Shown in pieces: positions 63,838-64,000 of a DNA stretch of 64,000 bases (position 1 is its first letter; each line of letters opens with the position of its first letter). The notes beneath the pieces were generated by a model. That model did not search any database and had not been told where the DNA came from. It was given only the letters and a program-made list of their open reading frames with translations. The position numbers and the translations under genes are program-made. Origin of the DNA: Thermoanaerobaculia bacterium (GTDB lineage: Bacteria > Acidobacteriota > Thermoanaerobaculia > Multivoradales > UBA5704); the NCBI GenBank assembly GCA_044866775.1, contig JBIOUG010000174.1, positions 951-64,950 of the forward strand, in the 5' to 3' direction.

Positions 63838-64000
63838 ATGCAAGGTCCCGGTAAGTCGCGGGACGGCGTCGAGCGCCTCGACGGCCTCTACTTCTTTCCC
63901 GACCGCCGGGTCACCGCCGACGATCTGCGCCACATCCTCACCCAGGGCACCGTCGACCAGCGCGCCTGGGCCGTGTCGCACCTTCTGCGCTACGCCCAGT
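63838..64000 (+). CDS. Hypothetical protein, 5' fragment running off the window
   Basis: An ATG at 63838 opens a frame (MQGPGKSRDGVERLDGLYFFPDRRVTADDLRHIL...) to the window end. It is not in the ORF track because it is short. Confidence 0.3.
   Translation, partial: MQGPGKSRDGVERLDGLYFFPDRRVTADDLRHILTQGTVDQRAWAVSHLLRYAQ

Overview
High-GC (roughly 70%) gene-dense bacterial chromosomal segment. I found no rRNA, CRISPR array, transposase or integrase. All calls come from motif recognition by eye in the supplied translations and from manual repeat comparison; no searches were run.

Housekeeping genes recognised: secA (3' part), guaB, cysS, def, thiE, lspA, an rluD-like gene, ald, a bactofilin, YraN, and three tRNAs (Cys-GCA, Gly-GCC, Gly-CCC).

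Other content: a CHASE3/PAS/GAF hybrid histidine kinase; a MacB-type ABC pair plus an AttH-like gene; a heterodimeric ABC exporter pair; an S9 peptidase; a YdiJ-like FAD/Fe-S oxidase; a PoxB-like TPP enzyme; a single-module NRPS next to a TonB-dependent receptor; a sulfatase-TPR protein; and a class-C-type serine hydrolase.

Most interesting observations:
1. A translationally coupled three-gene operon (37.8-41.2 kb) encoding a CHAT caspase-like protease, an unknown 309-aa protein and an LCAT-like lipase. It looks like an undescribed protease-gated membrane-effector (conflict/defence-like) system.
2. A 1307-aa protein fusing a Gfo/Idh/MocA-like domain to a STAND-type NTPase with a degenerate Walker A and a long helical-repeat tail. 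It sits on a lower-GC 4.3-kb island bracketed by copies of the 3' end of the neighbouring oxidase gene.
3. An approximately 81-nt double-hairpin interspersed element in five copies. Three are inserted in frame inside protein-coding genes, reminiscent of Rickettsia palindromic elements.
4. Duplicated gene 3' fragments at three loci (poxB-like, ydiJ-like, secA). In the first two the copies bracket accessory cargo; the secA fragment instead interrupts a RelE/ParE toxin gene. No recombinase is present at any of them.
5. A 13-14 unit array of degenerate 21-bp tandem repeats.
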